Shown: positions 10,955-24,666, numbered from the stretch's first letter. The stretch: DNA of 64,000 nt from Mobula hypostoma (GCF_963921235.1 NC_086108.1:105588001-105652000); one strand, 5' to 3'. Translations and numbers: made by a program. The notes: a model not told the origin generated them from the letters alone.

Positions 10955-13080
10955 ATGATAGAGATCTAGAAGATTATAAGGCTAGCAGGAAGGAGCTTAA
11001 GAATGAAATTAGGAGCGCCAGAAGAGCCATGAAAAGGCCTTGGCAGACAGGATTAAGGAAAACCCCAAGTATGTGAAGAGCAAGAGGATAAGACGTGAGA
11101 GAATAGGACCAATCAAGTGTGACAGTAAAAAAGTGTGTATGGAACTGGAGGAGATGATAGAGGTACTTAATGAATACTTTGCTTCAGTGTTGAAGGATCT
11201 TGGCGATTGTAGGGATGACTTGCAGTGGACTGAAAAGCTTGAGCATGTAGATATTAAGAAGACGATGTGCTGGAGCTTTTGGAAAGCATCAAGTTGAATA
11301 AGTTACAGGGACAGGACGGGATGTACCCTAGGCTACTGTAGGAAGTGAGGGAGGAGATTGCTGAACCTCTGCCGATGGTCTTTGCATCATCAGTGAGGAA
11401 GGGAGAGGTTCCGAGGAATTCAAGGTTTGTAGATGTGTTCCCTTATTCAAGAGAGGGAGTAGGGATAGCCCAGGAAATTATAGACCAGTGAGTCAGTGGT
11501 TGGTAAGCTGATGGAGAAGATCCTGAGGGGCAGGATTTATGAACATTTGGAGAGGCGTAGTATGATTAGGAATAGTCAGCATGGCTTTGTCAAAGGCAAG
11601 GTCATTCCTTCTGAGCCTGATTAAATTTTTTAAGGATGTGACTAAACATATTGATGAAGGTAGAGCTGTAGATTTAGTGTATATGGATTTTAGCAAGACA
11701 TTTGATAAGATACCCTATGCAAGGCTTACTGAGAAAGTAAGGAGGCATGGGATCCAAGGGGACATTGCTTTGTGGATCCAGAACTGGCTTGTCCACAGAA
11801 GGCAATGAGTGGTTATAGAAGAAGAAGAAGAAGAAAGCTCTTAACTCCGAATGGAGTCATCGGGATGCCATCATAACAGCGTTTTTTTTAGCAGACTTTC
11901 TTATTTTTACGAGGCCGAGTTGCTGGCTCGATGCTCAACCTAGCACAGATGAAAAACATACAAGGGAGCCAGCTGGATTCGAACTCGGGAGCCTTCACTC
12001 CAAAGGCCGGCACTAATGCTGCTGCACAACCAGCCGGCTAAAGAACGGTTGTAGGTGGGTCATATTCCGCATGGAGGTTGGTGACCAGTGGTCTGCCTTG
12101 GGGATCTGTTCTGGAACCCCTACTCTGTGATTTTTATAAATGACCTGGGTGAGGAAGTGGAGGGATGGGTTAGTAAGTTTTCTGATGACACAAAAGTTGG
12201 GGGTGTGGTGGATAGTGTGGAGGGCTGTCAGAGGTTACAATGGGACATTGATAGGATGCAAAACTGGGCTGAGAAGTGGCAGATGGAGTTCAACCCAGAT
12301 AGGTGTGAGGTGGTTCATTTTGGTAGATCAAATATGATGGTAGGATATAGCATTAATGCCAAGACTCTTGGCAGTGTGGAGGATCAAAGGGATCCTGGGG
12401 TCCGAGTCCTTAGGACACTAAAAGCTGTTACGCAGCTTGACTCTGTGGTTAAGAAGGCATATGGTGCATTAGCCTACATCAATTGCAGGATTGAGTTTAA
12501 GAGCTGAGAGGTAATGTTGCAACTATATAGGACCCCGGTCAGACCCCACTTGGGAGTACTGTGCTCAGTTCTGGTCGCCTCACTACAGGAAGGATGTGGA
12601 AGCCATAGAAAGGGTGCAGAGGAGATTTACAAGAACATTGCCTGGATTGGGGAGCATGCCTTATGAGAATAGGTTGAGTAAACTCGGTCTTTTCTCCTTG
12701 GAGCGACAGAGGATGAGAGGCAACCTGACAGAGGTGTATAAGATATGAGAGGCATTGATCGTGTGGATAGTCAGAGGCTTTTTCTCAGGGCTGAAATGGT
12801 TGCCACAAGAGGGCACAGTTTTAAGGTCCTTGGAAATAGGTGCAGAGGAGATGTCAGCAGTAATTTTTTTACGCAGAGAGTGGTGAGTGTGTGGAATGGG
12901 CTGCCGACGGCGGTGGTGGAGGCAGGAACAAATGGGTCTTTTAAGAGATTCCTGGATGGATACATGGAGCTTAGAAAAATAGAGGGCTATGGGTAACCCT
13001 AGGTAATTCTAAGTTAGGGACATGTTCGGCACAATTTTGTGGGCCGAAGGGCCTGTATTGTGCTGTAGGTTTTCTATGTT
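10955..13080 (+). mobile_element. Degraded CR1 LINE (RT region to tail), interrupted by a SINE
   Basis: DLVYMDFSKTFDKIP, KFSDDTKVGG and FFTQRVVSVWNGLP remnants; TTTCTATG tail. Confidence 0.9.
11819..12046 (-). mobile_element. tRNA-derived SINE with (TTC)n tail
   Basis: Minus-strand B-box GAGTTCGAATCC; (GAA)n at 11818-11836 on +; TSD ggttatag/ggttgtag (11811-11818/12047-12054); CR1 continues on both sides. Confidence 0.8.
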
Positions 13081-13082
13081 TC

Positions 13083-13460
13083 ATTTCCAAACTTATTTTA
13101 CTTCTCTGTACTGTTGGTTGAGAGGAATGGAGTCATCGACACTAAGGTTTTCTTCTTTCCCATTTTTAAGTTGTTAGAATTGCCCAAGTCTTTTAGTTTA
13201 GTCGACTAATTCTGTTTAGTTTAATTTTTTTTGGGATGGGGTTTTTTTTCTATTTTTTTTTTCTTTTTCATGATTTTTCTTCAGTTTTTTTTTTGCCCTG
13301 TATTATTCATTGTTATTCTACATGATTGGGAGCTTTGTCAATTTATTCTATTTGGTCTTATAATTACTCATTTTAAGTGCAACAATGTATCTCCTACTAT
13401 TTGTATTATTGCTATGTTATCTTTTCATTCTATGAAATTAATAAAAAGATTGAAAAAGCA
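13083..13460 (+). mobile_element. L1-clade 3' UTR fragment inserted in the CR1 tail
   Basis: T-rich; ends aataaaaagattgaaaaag like the L1 end at 29313; TSD aggttttctatgt at 13067-13079 and 13461-13473. Confidence 0.7.
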
Positions 13461-13484
13461 AGGTTTTCTATGTCTCTATGTCTC

Positions 13485-13675
13485 TGTGTTCTCCCCTTGA
13501 CCGAGTGGATTTTCTCCGGGTGCTCTGGTTTTCTCACACAGTCCAAGGACGTATGAGTTGGTAGGTTGATTGGTCATTGTAAATTGTCCTGTGATTAGGC
13601 TAGGGTTAAATTCGGGGATTGCTAGGCGGGGCAGCTCAAAGAGCCGGGAGGGCCTATTTCCTCCTGTATCTCAAT
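13485..13675 (+). mobile_element. V-domain SINE (HE1-like) fragment
   Basis: gtggattttctccgggtgctctggttttctcacacagtccaaggac core; related copies at about 10855, 30780-31130, 40790-41020 and 59020-59290, and at 61660 (-). Confidence 0.7.
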
Positions 13676-15006
13676 CAGTAAGGAAGAAGTTGTGTAGTGA
13701 AAGCCACAGGGTCGATCAAACTTCTGGCATCCAAGACCAACACACAGATAGAGGATGCTGTCAGAGGCTGATTCCCCTGTATGGATAACCGGTTTAACCA
13801 ACTAACTAATTAAATGGGAATTAGTTGACCAGTTGGCAATGAATGATTGCACATTGACAGAGAAAGAACTGAGCTCTCGTTCTCTAAGCGGCATAGTCTC
13901 CTTACTTGACGGAATGGGATGTAGAATTGCTATTTTTCTTGTAGTTTGACTTTCTTATCCTTGTTTGTATTTTAATGTAATCACCTATAATCACTGGTGA
14001 CTTTATTAAATTCAGGAGTGAAACTCAGTGTGATCTTCTGCTGCTACAGCCCATCCACTTCAAAGCTTCAGGTGTTGTGCGTTCAGATGCTCTTCTGCAC
14101 TCCACTGTAATTTGATGAAGGGTCACAGCCCGAAACATCGACTCTTTACTCTTTTCCATAGATGCCTCCTGCCATGCAGAGTTCCTCCAGCATTTTGTGT
14201 GTGTTACACCACAGAGTCATTTTTGTTTATTAAAACTGCTCGAGCTCTCAGGTCTCCTTCCACCGGTCTCTTAAATTTAACACTCCCTCAGAAGATAATT
14301 GGCAGGTTAGCTTTTCAAATTTTGCTCCTAAATGTGGAATTCAATATCTAAAATAATGCAGACTCACGCAGACTCAGTTGACACTTTTAAACGTCAGCTC
14401 AAAACTTATTTATTTAACCTTGCTTTTAACTAACATCTTTTTTGTCTATTATTTTCATGTTTATTTTTATTTTTAATTTTATTTTCATGTTTGCACTTAA
14501 TCCCATTGTAAAGCATTTTGAACCACATTGGCTGTATGAAAAGTGTTCTATAAATGAGTCACTATTGTTATTATTAATAAAGCTAATCTTAACCTGTGGT
14601 TTACAAATTGTTTTTATTTTATCAAATCTAAATTTAATTCCCACAAACAAGATGGTTCACTGATGCCTATAAATCAACAGTGATACATTCTTCTCTAAGT
14701 GCTTTCTCCAATACAATGGGGCTGAAAGTAGAGAGAAGAAAGTTTTGAATGCAGTGGTGTATGTTAATGAGATTAATTCCATTATCTAGCAATGAGCTCA
14801 CAGTCTCGCAGTTAATGCAGGCATAGCGTTGCAGCTTTGTGCAGCACAATGGCTGAGAGCTGTTGCCTTATAAATATAAAGCTGAGACATTGGTCAGATC
14901 GCACCTGGAGTATGGTGAGCGGTTATGAGCCCCTTACATAAGAAAGAATGTGCTGGCATTGAAGAAGGTCCAGGAAATGATCATATGTAAAAGATACAAT
15001 GGCTCT

Positions 15007-15298
15007 GGGGTGGCGTGTGGCCAAGTGGTTAGGGCGTTGGGCTCCTGATCTGAAGGTCATGGGTTCGAGGCTCGGCCAAGGCAAGGTGTTGTGTCTTTGA
15101 GCAAGGCATTTACTCACACACTCCAGTCCACCCATCTGAAAATGGGTACCGGCAAAATGCTGGGGGTTAACCTCGCGATAGACTGGCGTCCTGCCCGGCG
15201 GGGGTGGGTGGGGAGTCTCGTACTCTCAGTCGCTTCACGCCACAGAAACCGGCATAAGCACCGGCCTGATGGGCCACAAGGCTCGGGACAGACTTTAA
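15007..15298 (+). mobile_element. tRNA-derived SINE with CORE-like middle and Meta-domain-like tail
   Basis: A-box TGGCCAAGTGG, B-box GGTTCGAGGC, gtgtctttgagcaaggcatttac, tail gtcgcttcacgccacagaaaccggcataagcaccggcctgatgggccac. Confidence 0.75.
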
Positions 15299-17699
15299 TG
15301 TAGCCTGGGGAAAAAGTACACGCTTAGGACAACAATTTTTAATTCCTTTATCGGTTTTCGATGTTTAAGTGCCAGAAGAGGGTCGCGAAACCAAACGAGC
15401 AAATTTACAAACAGTTCTTGCCGTTAGAATCGCAGTTCAACTTCCGATTCACACCCTCGTGTATGGACAGAATTGCGTATGCAATATAAAAATACCAGAA
15501 CTAATACGGTACAAATACAGTACAAATATGGTAGTGGCAATCCTGAAAGAACACAATACGAACAACATTAGAATCCCACCCACCCTGCATCTTAAACATA
15601 ACGGTGAAAAATGTAAGCGAATACATCTCATCTAAGATATACACACGTGCTGAACTTCCGAACAGAGACTAAACATTCACGCAACGCGATTACATGCACC
15701 ATCAGTCCCGATACAATAAAGTTAGATGAAAGGTACATTTTGGCACAACTTTTACAAGGTATTGTCTGGTAGTTAAATTACAGGAAGCCTGACCTACTTG
15801 GATGGTGAGGAACTTTGCCCAAGCCACGCGATCCAGCGTCGAGTCATTCACTCGAGAAAATCTAAAACATCCACATGTATTTACTTTAGAAATTACCTCG
15901 AGTTAACCACAGCCCTCTATTTTTCTAAGCTCCATGTACCTATCCAGGAGCTTCTTAAAAGACCCTCTTCAAATTAGGAACAGAGTTGAGGAGGAATTTC
16001 TATAACCAGAGGGTGATGAGACTGTGGAATTCATTGCCACAGATGGCTGTGGAGGCTAGGTCATTGGGTACATTTACAGCAGAGAAAGAAATGAATCTTA
16101 GGCTTTATAAAGCATTAGTCAGTCCGCACCTGGAGTAGTGTGAGCAGTTTTGGGCTGCTTATCTAAGAAAAGATGTGCTGGCATTTGAGGGGGTCCGGTG
16201 GAGGTTCACAAGAATAATCCTGGGAATGACAGGGTTAATGTATGAGGAGTGTTTGGTGGCTTGGATCCTGTACTTACTGGTGTTTAGAAGAATGGAGGGG
16301 GGATCGCTATGAAACCTACCAAAGTAAAGAGGATGCTACTGATGGTGGGGTGGGATTTGCCCATGATGCATTTAATTGGGCTGAGACCTCTAATCTCTGC
16401 AGCTTCTTCCATTCCTGTGCATTCGAATTGCTGTACCTGACCATGATCCAATAAGTTAGGATACTTTCAACAGGCATCTGCAGAAACTCTTTAGAATGTT
16501 CAGTAAGAAGCCAAACCTTCTGAACCGTCCAAGAAACTGGGCAGTGCTGTCTATGTGAAGTTTGCTTGCAGTCACCGTGACTGACTGGATTCCTCTGGGG
16601 AGCTTTGATCCTAAAGACCATAAGACGTAGATGCAGAATTAGGCCATTTGGTTCTTCGAGTCTGCTCTGCCATTCCATCATGGCTGATTTATTTTCTTTC
16701 TCAACCCCATTCTTCAGCCTTCTCCCCTGATGCCCTGAACCAATCAACGTTCATATTAAATGTACCCAATGACTTGACCTCCAGAGCGGTCTGTGGCAAT
16801 GAATTCCACAGATTCACTACCCTCTAGAGAAAGAAATCCCTCTTCATCTCTGATCTAAATCCCTCTTCATCTTTCTTCTATTCTGAGGCTGTGTCCTCTG
16901 ATCATAGACTCACCCACTATAGGAAAAATCCTTTCCACATCCACTCTGTCTCGGCCTTTCAATTTTTGAACACCACCATGTGCTGACATTGGAGAAGGTC
17001 CAGAGGGAGTCACTAAAATGATCCCAGGAATGAAAGTATTAACATTTGATGGCTCTAAACCTGTAGAAGAATGGTGAGTTGCAGGGCGGGGTGGGGGGGG
17101 TGGGGTTTCTCATGAAGAGGAAAGGTTGGTTCATATAGTGGTGGCGTTTAGGACCAGAGGACGCAGCCTCAGAAAACAATGACGTCTCTTTAGAAGAGAA
17201 ATGAGGAGGAATTTCTTTAGCCCAGATGGTGTTGAATCTGTGGAATTCATTATTACAGATGGCTGTGGAGGCCACGTCATTGGGTCTATTTAAAGCAGCA
17301 GTTGATAGGGTTTTAATTTGTCAGGTGTCAAAGGTTATAGTGAGAAGGCAGGAGAATGGAGTTGAGAGGGATAATATATCAGCCATGATGGAAGAGCTGA
17401 GCAGACCTAATGGGTCTAATGACCTAATTCTGCTCATTTGGCTTTGTTCTTAAGTTGGGAAGGGCCAGGAAAGTCCCAAAGTGCATTGCCTAAAAGAGAG
17501 ATAGAGATTGTCTTTGATTATGCTGGCTGTGGGAAGTGTTCATGCAGCCTGTGGAGGGGAGGGTGGTTCCATGATGTACTGAGCAGTGTACACTGAGAAC
17601 TGGGTAGAGATGCCGACATTTTTGTCTGACGTAGACACCTTGGGGCCAAACAATCTTTTCCTATGATGAATTTCTTTTTATAATGGAAACCGGAGCACC

Positions 17700-19800
17700 A
17701 GGTCAGAAAGTGGAGGGACAGAGAGGAGGGTACCGTAGCTGTCAGGACCAGTAAAAACAGACAGGATGACAAGGCAAGAGAACCACGGATGTTGAGAGAG
17801 GTGGTGAATTTAGTCAAGAAGAAAAAGGAAACATGTTAAAAGTTTAGGAAGCCAGAATCAAACAGAGTCCTTGAGGATTATAAAGAAGCTGGAAGGGAAC
17901 TCAAAAGGGGATTTGGAAGGCTAGGAGGGGCCATGAAAAGTCCTTGGCAAGACGGATTAAAGAGAGTCCGAAGGCATTCTGTACGTACATGAGGAGCAGA
18001 AGAATAACTAGGGAGAGTGTGGGACCACTCAAGGATAAAGTGGGGGGATCAATTGTCTTGGATGTAGATGAGCACTTTACATCAGTATTTACCAAGAAGA
18101 AGGACATGGACAATGGCACTGAGAGTATTAAAATGCTAGGGCATTTTAAGGTAAACAAGGAAGTAGTGTTGGATCTCTTAAAGAGCATTAAGAATGATTA
18201 GTCCCCATGACCTGATTGGATATACCCCAGTTTATTGAGAGAATCAAGAGAAGAGATTGCTGGGGCCTTGACCAATATCTTTGTGTCCTTTCTAGCCACA
18301 GGCAAGGCCCTGGAGGACTGGCGAGTCGCTAATGTTGTTCCATTATTCCAGAAGGGAAGCAGGGATAATTTTGGGAAGTATAGACTGGTGAGTATCATGG
18401 CAGTAGTAGGGAAATTACTGGAGAGAATTCTTAGAGGTAAGACTTTGAGCATTTGGAAACACATGGCCTAACTAGGAAGAGCGAGCGTGGCTTTGTGCGG
18501 GGCAAGTCGTGTCTTACTAACTTGATTATGTTTTTTGACGAGCTGATACCGATGACTGATGAAGGTGGAGCTGTGGATGTCATAAGGCATTTGACAAGCT
18601 CCCTCATCCCCTCATCCAGTAGGTTAAGATGGATGGGATTGTGAGTTGGCTGTTTGGAATCAGTTTGCCCATAGGAGGCCGAGGGTAGTGGTCAAAGGCA
18701 TCTGGACTGATCCCTTTGCTGCTTACAATGGATGTAAATGACCTCGATGAAGGTATAGACAGGTGTCATAGTAAGTTGTCAGATGATGCAAAGATTGGTG
18801 GTGTTGTAGATAGTGTACATGACTTGAAAAGAATACAGCAGGATATAGATCAGTTGCAGATATGGGCAGAGAGATGGCAGATGGAGCTTAACATGGCCAA
18901 ATGTGAAGTGTTGCACCTTGGTAGGTCAAATATAAAAGGACAGTACAATACTCTTAACAGTGTTGATGAGCAGAGGGATCTTGGAGTCCAAGTTCATGGC
19001 TCCCTGAAAGTGGCCACACAGGTTGATAGAGTGGTTCAGAAGGCATATGCCTTGCTTGCCTTTGTTAATCGAGATATTGATTTCAAAAGTTAGGAGGTTA
19101 AGTTCCAGCTTTATAAAACTCCAGTGAGGCCACATCTGGAGTATTGCATACAGTTCTGACTGCTCTGTTATAGGAAGGGTGTCGAGGATTTGGAGAATGT
19201 GAGAAGAGGTTTACCAAGATGGAGTCTGGATAAAAGGACATGTGCTGTGGCGACAGGTTGTACAAACTTGGGTTCTTTTCTCTGGAGGCTGAGGGGGTAC
19301 CTGATAGAGGTTTATAAGATTAAGAGACGCATAGATAGAGTGGACAGAAAATATCTCTTTCCCAGGGTTGAAATGTTCAATACCAGAGGGCATGCAGTTA
19401 ATGTGAGGGGGTGTAATTTCAATGGAGATGTGAGCAGCAGGTTTTTAGACCATAAGACAAAGGAGCAGAAGTTGGCCATTCAGCCCATCGAGTCTGCTCC
19501 GCCATTTTATCATGAGCTGAGCCATTCTCCCATCTAGTCCCACTTCCCCGCCTTCTCACCATAACCTTTGATGCCCTGGTTTTTGACTCAGATTGGTGCA
19601 TGCCTGGAATGCGTTGCCTGGGGCAGTGGTAGAGGCAGATACGTTAGAGACTTCTAAGAGAGATGTTTCGATAGGCACATGAGTGTGAGGAAAATGGAGC
19701 GATGTGGACATTGTTTAGGCAGAAGGGATAAGTTTAGTTGGCCATTTAAGTAGTAATTTATTTGGATTGGCACAACCATGTGGGCCAAAAGGCGTGTTGA
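17700..19800 (+). mobile_element. Degraded CR1 LINE
   Basis: EDWRVANVVPLFQKG, GKSCLTNL, KLSDDAKIGG and related motifs across several frames. Confidence 0.85.
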
Positions 19801-19824
19801 GAGCCATTGTTGGCAGAATTTCAG

Positions 19825-20660
19825 ACGTTGACAAGAGGTTATACAGGTGAGATTTGTTAGCTAGTGGAGTGGCGCCGTAGCAACAACCTTGTACTCAACG
19901 TCTGTAAGAACTGATCGTGGACTTCAGAAAGGGTAAGATGAGGGAAAACACACCAGTCCTCAGGGGGATCAGAAGTGAAGAGAGTGAGCAAGTTCAAATT
20001 CCTGGGTATCAATATCTCTGAGGATCTAACCTCGACCCAACGTTTTGATGCAGCGACAAAGAAGGCATGGCAGTGGCCATCTTTCATTAGAAGTTTCAGA
20101 AGATTTGAAACTTCTGTTGAACTTGTTGAGTATTTGAAAAATACTCAACAATTTCAACAGATGTAGCTTGAAGAGCATTTAACAGGCTGCATCACTGTCG
20201 GGTATGGGAAGCTACTGCACAGGATTGAAGTAAGCTGCAGAGAGTTGTAAAATTAGTCAGCTCCATCATGAGTAGCCTCTGTAGTATCTAGGACATCTTC
20301 AAGGAGCAATGCCTCAAAGAGGTGGCATTCATCATTAAGGACCTTAATCACCCAGGTCATGCCATGTTCTCATTGCGACCATCAGGAAGGAGGTGGAGGA
20401 ATCTGAAGGCACACACTCAACAACTCAGGAACAGCTTCTTCCCCTCTGTCATCCAGTCTCTTAATGGACATTGAACCCATTAACACTACCTCACTACTTT
20501 TTTATTTCTGCTTTTGCACTACTTATTTAGTTATTTAACTATTTTACTTATATACACTGCATACTTATGGTAATTCACTGTTTTTTTCTCTCATTATGTA
20601 TTGCATTGTACTGCTGCCAACACATGCCGGTGATATGAAACCTGATTCTGATTCTGATTC
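19825..20660 (+). mobile_element. Rex1/Babar LINE 3' fragment
   Basis: KRVSKFKFLGINISEDLT motif; (CTGATT)n tail at about 20641-20660. Confidence 0.8.
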
Positions 20661-20825
20661 TTGTACTGTACTGTTTTATGTTCTGATTCAGAATGGGTTA
20701 AAAATCAGGTTCAGCATCACTGACTCTGAAATTTGTTGTTTAGCGACAGCAGTACAGCATAATTAATAAAAACTACTAAAAATGCTATAGGTTACAATCA
20801 GAAACAAAAACAAACAAATAAATAA

Positions 20826-20929
20826 ATAGATACAGGGGACAGATAGACAGATAGACAGGCATATAGATATATAGATAGGTAGACAGATAGATAGATAGAT
20901 AGGCAGGCAGATAGATAGACAGATAGATA
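20826..20929. repeat. (GATA/GACA)n microsatellite
   Basis: Directly visible. Confidence 0.9.
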
Positions 20930-21480
20930 AATAAAGAGTCCAAGAGGGAGAACTATGGGGTTCATGGACCACTCAGAAATCTGATGGTGGAGGGAAAGAA
21001 GCCTAAATTATTGCCTGTGTGTCTTCAGACTCCTGTACCTCATCCCTGGTGGTAATTTCACACTGAATTGCTAAAAAGTAGGTATTAGTGGGTACCATTC
21101 AAAATCTGAATCAGAATCGGGTTTACTATCACTGCCATTTTGTGAATTTGTTTTGTGACAGCTGTACAGAACAATTCATATAATGTCACTGTAAATTACA
21201 ATAATAAGAGAATGAATAAATAATGCAAACGAGAATTGGTGAGGTAGTGTTCATGGACCATTCGGAAAGCTGATGGCAGAAGGGAAGAAGCTGTTCCTAA
21301 AATGTTGAGTGTTAGTTTTCAAGCTCCTTTACCTCCTCCTCATCAGTACCAATGAGAAGAGGGCCTGTTCCAGATGGTGAGGGGCTTTAATGATGCATAC
21401 CGCCTTCTTGATACCATTTATAGATGGCCTTCATACTGGGGGGAGGTTGTACCTGTGATGGAGCTGGCAAGTGTCTTTCT

Positions 21481-21667
21481 TTAAAAACGCAAGCACGAGG
21501 AATTCTGCAGACGTTGGAAATTCAAGCAACACTCATCAAAGTTGCTGGTGAACACAGCGGGCCAGGCAGTATCTCTAGGAAGAGGTACAGTCGACGTTTC
21601 GGGCTGAGACCCTGTACCTCTTCCTAGAGATGCTGCCTGGCCTGCTGCGTTCACCAGCAACTTTGAT
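21481..21667. mobile_element. Penelope terminal-repeat fold-back
   Basis: Arms at about 21535-21590 and 21612-21667 are reverse complements; the loop holds the 3' half of the hammerhead motif (GAAACGTCGAC on the minus strand). Confidence 0.75.
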
Positions 21668-24666
21668 AGGTGTCTTTCTTTGCCTCCTTTGTGACACTCT
21701 CTCAGTAATGACATGAGAAGAATCGGAGAACAGGATGTTAACTTCAAGATTCAATAGAAGATTGTTTAATGTTATTTCCAGTACAGAAGGAGAACAAAAT
21801 AATTCCTGCTATGGATCTGATGCAGCACAAAAACACAATAAGATAAAGAACAAAATAATAAGTTTAAAAACATAATCTTGTTTATATTTATGGATTGATT
21901 GTTGTCCATAAAGTGACGCTACGCACAGGAGTATCTGCTGTACATAAGGTGACTGACAGGAAATGATAAAGTGTGGTGGCTGGGGCTGTGGAGAGGTGGA
22001 GGTGTTGATCAGCCTTACTGCTGGGGGTAAGTAATTGTTTTTGCATCTGGTGGTCCTGGCATGGATGTTACATAGCCTCCTCCCTGGTGGGTGTGGGACA
22101 AATAGCTCACAAGCAGGCTGAGTGGGATTCTTCCTGATGTTGCTGGCCCTTTTCCTAGCATCTTTCTGTATAGACGTCCTTGATGGCGGGTAGGCTGGTG
22201 CCGATGATGTGTTGGGCAGCTTTGTATACCACCCTGTCTACTGCAGAATTTGCCGTTATCTATTCCACACTATTGCACAAAGTCAGCCTTAGCCCCAAGG
22301 TGTGCAGTGAGACATGGCCTCTCATAAGGATTCATCTGCCTAAAGTTCTGTCAGATAATCTAGCTGGCAGTTAATTCACTGTAATCATGCACATTTCTTG
22401 AAGGGTTTGATGTGTGTAAACAAACCAATGAAGGGAAACTGATAGCAGTCAGATTTCATTACTTTCACCACTGCAAGCTGCAAGAAAATTAAAATATACA
22501 AGTTAATTCAAATTTAAATTTACTCCACAATGTCCTTGATATGCCTAGTCTTGTGTGGTAAAATCAAATCGTAAACTAACTTCTTTTAGCATACACAACA
22601 GGCTTAACACATGCAAATTCAGTGCAGGGATGAGATCCCACAAAGGGAAACTGACAGGGAGATGCAGGGAACGTACCTCTCTACGTTGGGCTATTGAAGA
22701 CTGGGATGAAGGCTCTAAAAATTAGAGTCAAGCTTTGCAAGATCGGAGTCCAAGAACATGGCAGCACCACCGGGAAGGGGATTTGAAAGAGGTGATTGTT
22801 TCACGAGTCTCGTAACAATGAGGAAAAAACTGTTCTTGATCTGGGCATCTGGGCTTTTAAGCTCCTGTTTCTTCTCCCAGAAGGTGATACGTGCTTTTTG
22901 TATCTTCATCAAAAAGAGGGAGAGGGAGGAAAAGAGAGACTGTCTGGAATGTGTGGGCTTTTTGATAACGCCGGCTGATTTACTGAGGTAGAGAGAGGTA
23001 TAAACGTGATGTAAAAAAGGTTCAAAGGTTCATTAATTATTGAAGTATACAACTCTGAAATTATTCTCCTCCAGATAGCCACAAAACCAAGAAAGAAAAG
23101 AATGGCAGCACAGTCATCAAACCTCAATTCCCTCCTGCCCGCACAAAAAAAATGAACAAAAACAAAACAGGCACATCGACCCCCACATCCTCTCCCCTGC
23201 GCACAAGAAAATGAGAAAGATTAGGTAAAAAACAAAATACACAAAAAATCCATAACACTGAACAGCTATCAACCATTTACACTTATCCAACATTAATCCA
23301 TATTTGATCTTATTTTCCCCATATTCTAATCAACTCTTCCCTGATTTTATTGCTCACCTGTGCACTAGGGGAAATTTACGACCTATGAGTGGAAAATCCT
23401 ACTAAAAGTAATGGAAGCAGCCCAGTCCATCACAGCTAAAGCCCTCTCCACCATTGAGCACATCTGCAAGAAGCACTGCTAAAAGAAAGCAACATCCATC
23501 ATCAAGGACTCCCACCATCAATGCTCTCCTCTTGCTGCTACCATTAGAGAAGAGGTACATAACCACACCACCATGTTCAGGAACAGTTATAACCCTTCAG
23601 CCATCAGATTCCTGAACAGTGTGGATAGCTTTACTCACCTCAACACTAAACTGATTGCACAAGCTATGGACTCACTTTCAAGGACTCTACAAGTCCATAA
23701 GACATAGGAGTAAAATTAGGCCATTCAGCCCATCAAGTCTGCTCCACCATTCTATCATTCTATATTATCCCCCCTCAACCCCAACTCATATTTTCAGTAC
23801 TTTTTCTTACTAATCGATTTATTAATATTATTTGTTTCTTTTTATATTTGCAGAGTTTTTCTTCTCTTGTATATTGATTATTTGTCAGTCTTCTGTGCAG
23901 TTTCTCATCAATTATATTGTATTTCTTTGTTCTAGTGTGAATGCCTGTGAGAAAATAAATCACAAGGTAGCATATGTTGACAAATATAGTACATAATTTG
24001 ATAATAAATTTAACTTCTGAAAGTTTGGACTTTTTGAATCTGTCTGTCTTTGTAATGTGGGAGGAAACCAGAGCACCAGGAAATGCAAACTCCATGCACA
24101 CAGCATCCGTGGTCCGGACTCAGCTGTGGTCTCTGGTGCCGAGAGTTAGCAGATCTACCAACTGCGGAATCTGTGGCATCCGCTGTGGAGGCAATTCACT
24201 GGGTATGTTTAAAGCGGAGGTAGTAAGATTAAATATCACTGGCATATGACATTGCAATACATAATACTAATAATAATTCCATAAATTGAAGTGAGAAATA
24301 TAATTACAGCATTAAATTAAGCAAATAGAGCAAAAAGAGCGCAAAAAAGAAGAGTTCATTGTCCATACAGAAATCTGATGACGGAGGAGAAGAAGCTGTT
24401 CTTGAAATATTGAGTGTGTGTCTTCAGGCTTCTGTACCTCCTCGTTGATGGTAGCAATGAGAAGAGGGCACGTCTTGAGTGATGGGGGTCCTTAATGATG
24501 GATTCTGCCTTTTTTGAGGCATCGCCTCCTGGAGGTGTCCTTGATGCTGGGGCGGCCAGTGCTTATGATAGAGCTGACTGTGTTTACGACTTTCTACAGT
24601 TTTCTCTGATCCTGTGCGGTAGCCTCTCTATACCAGACAGTGACGCAACCAGTGAGAATTCTTTCT

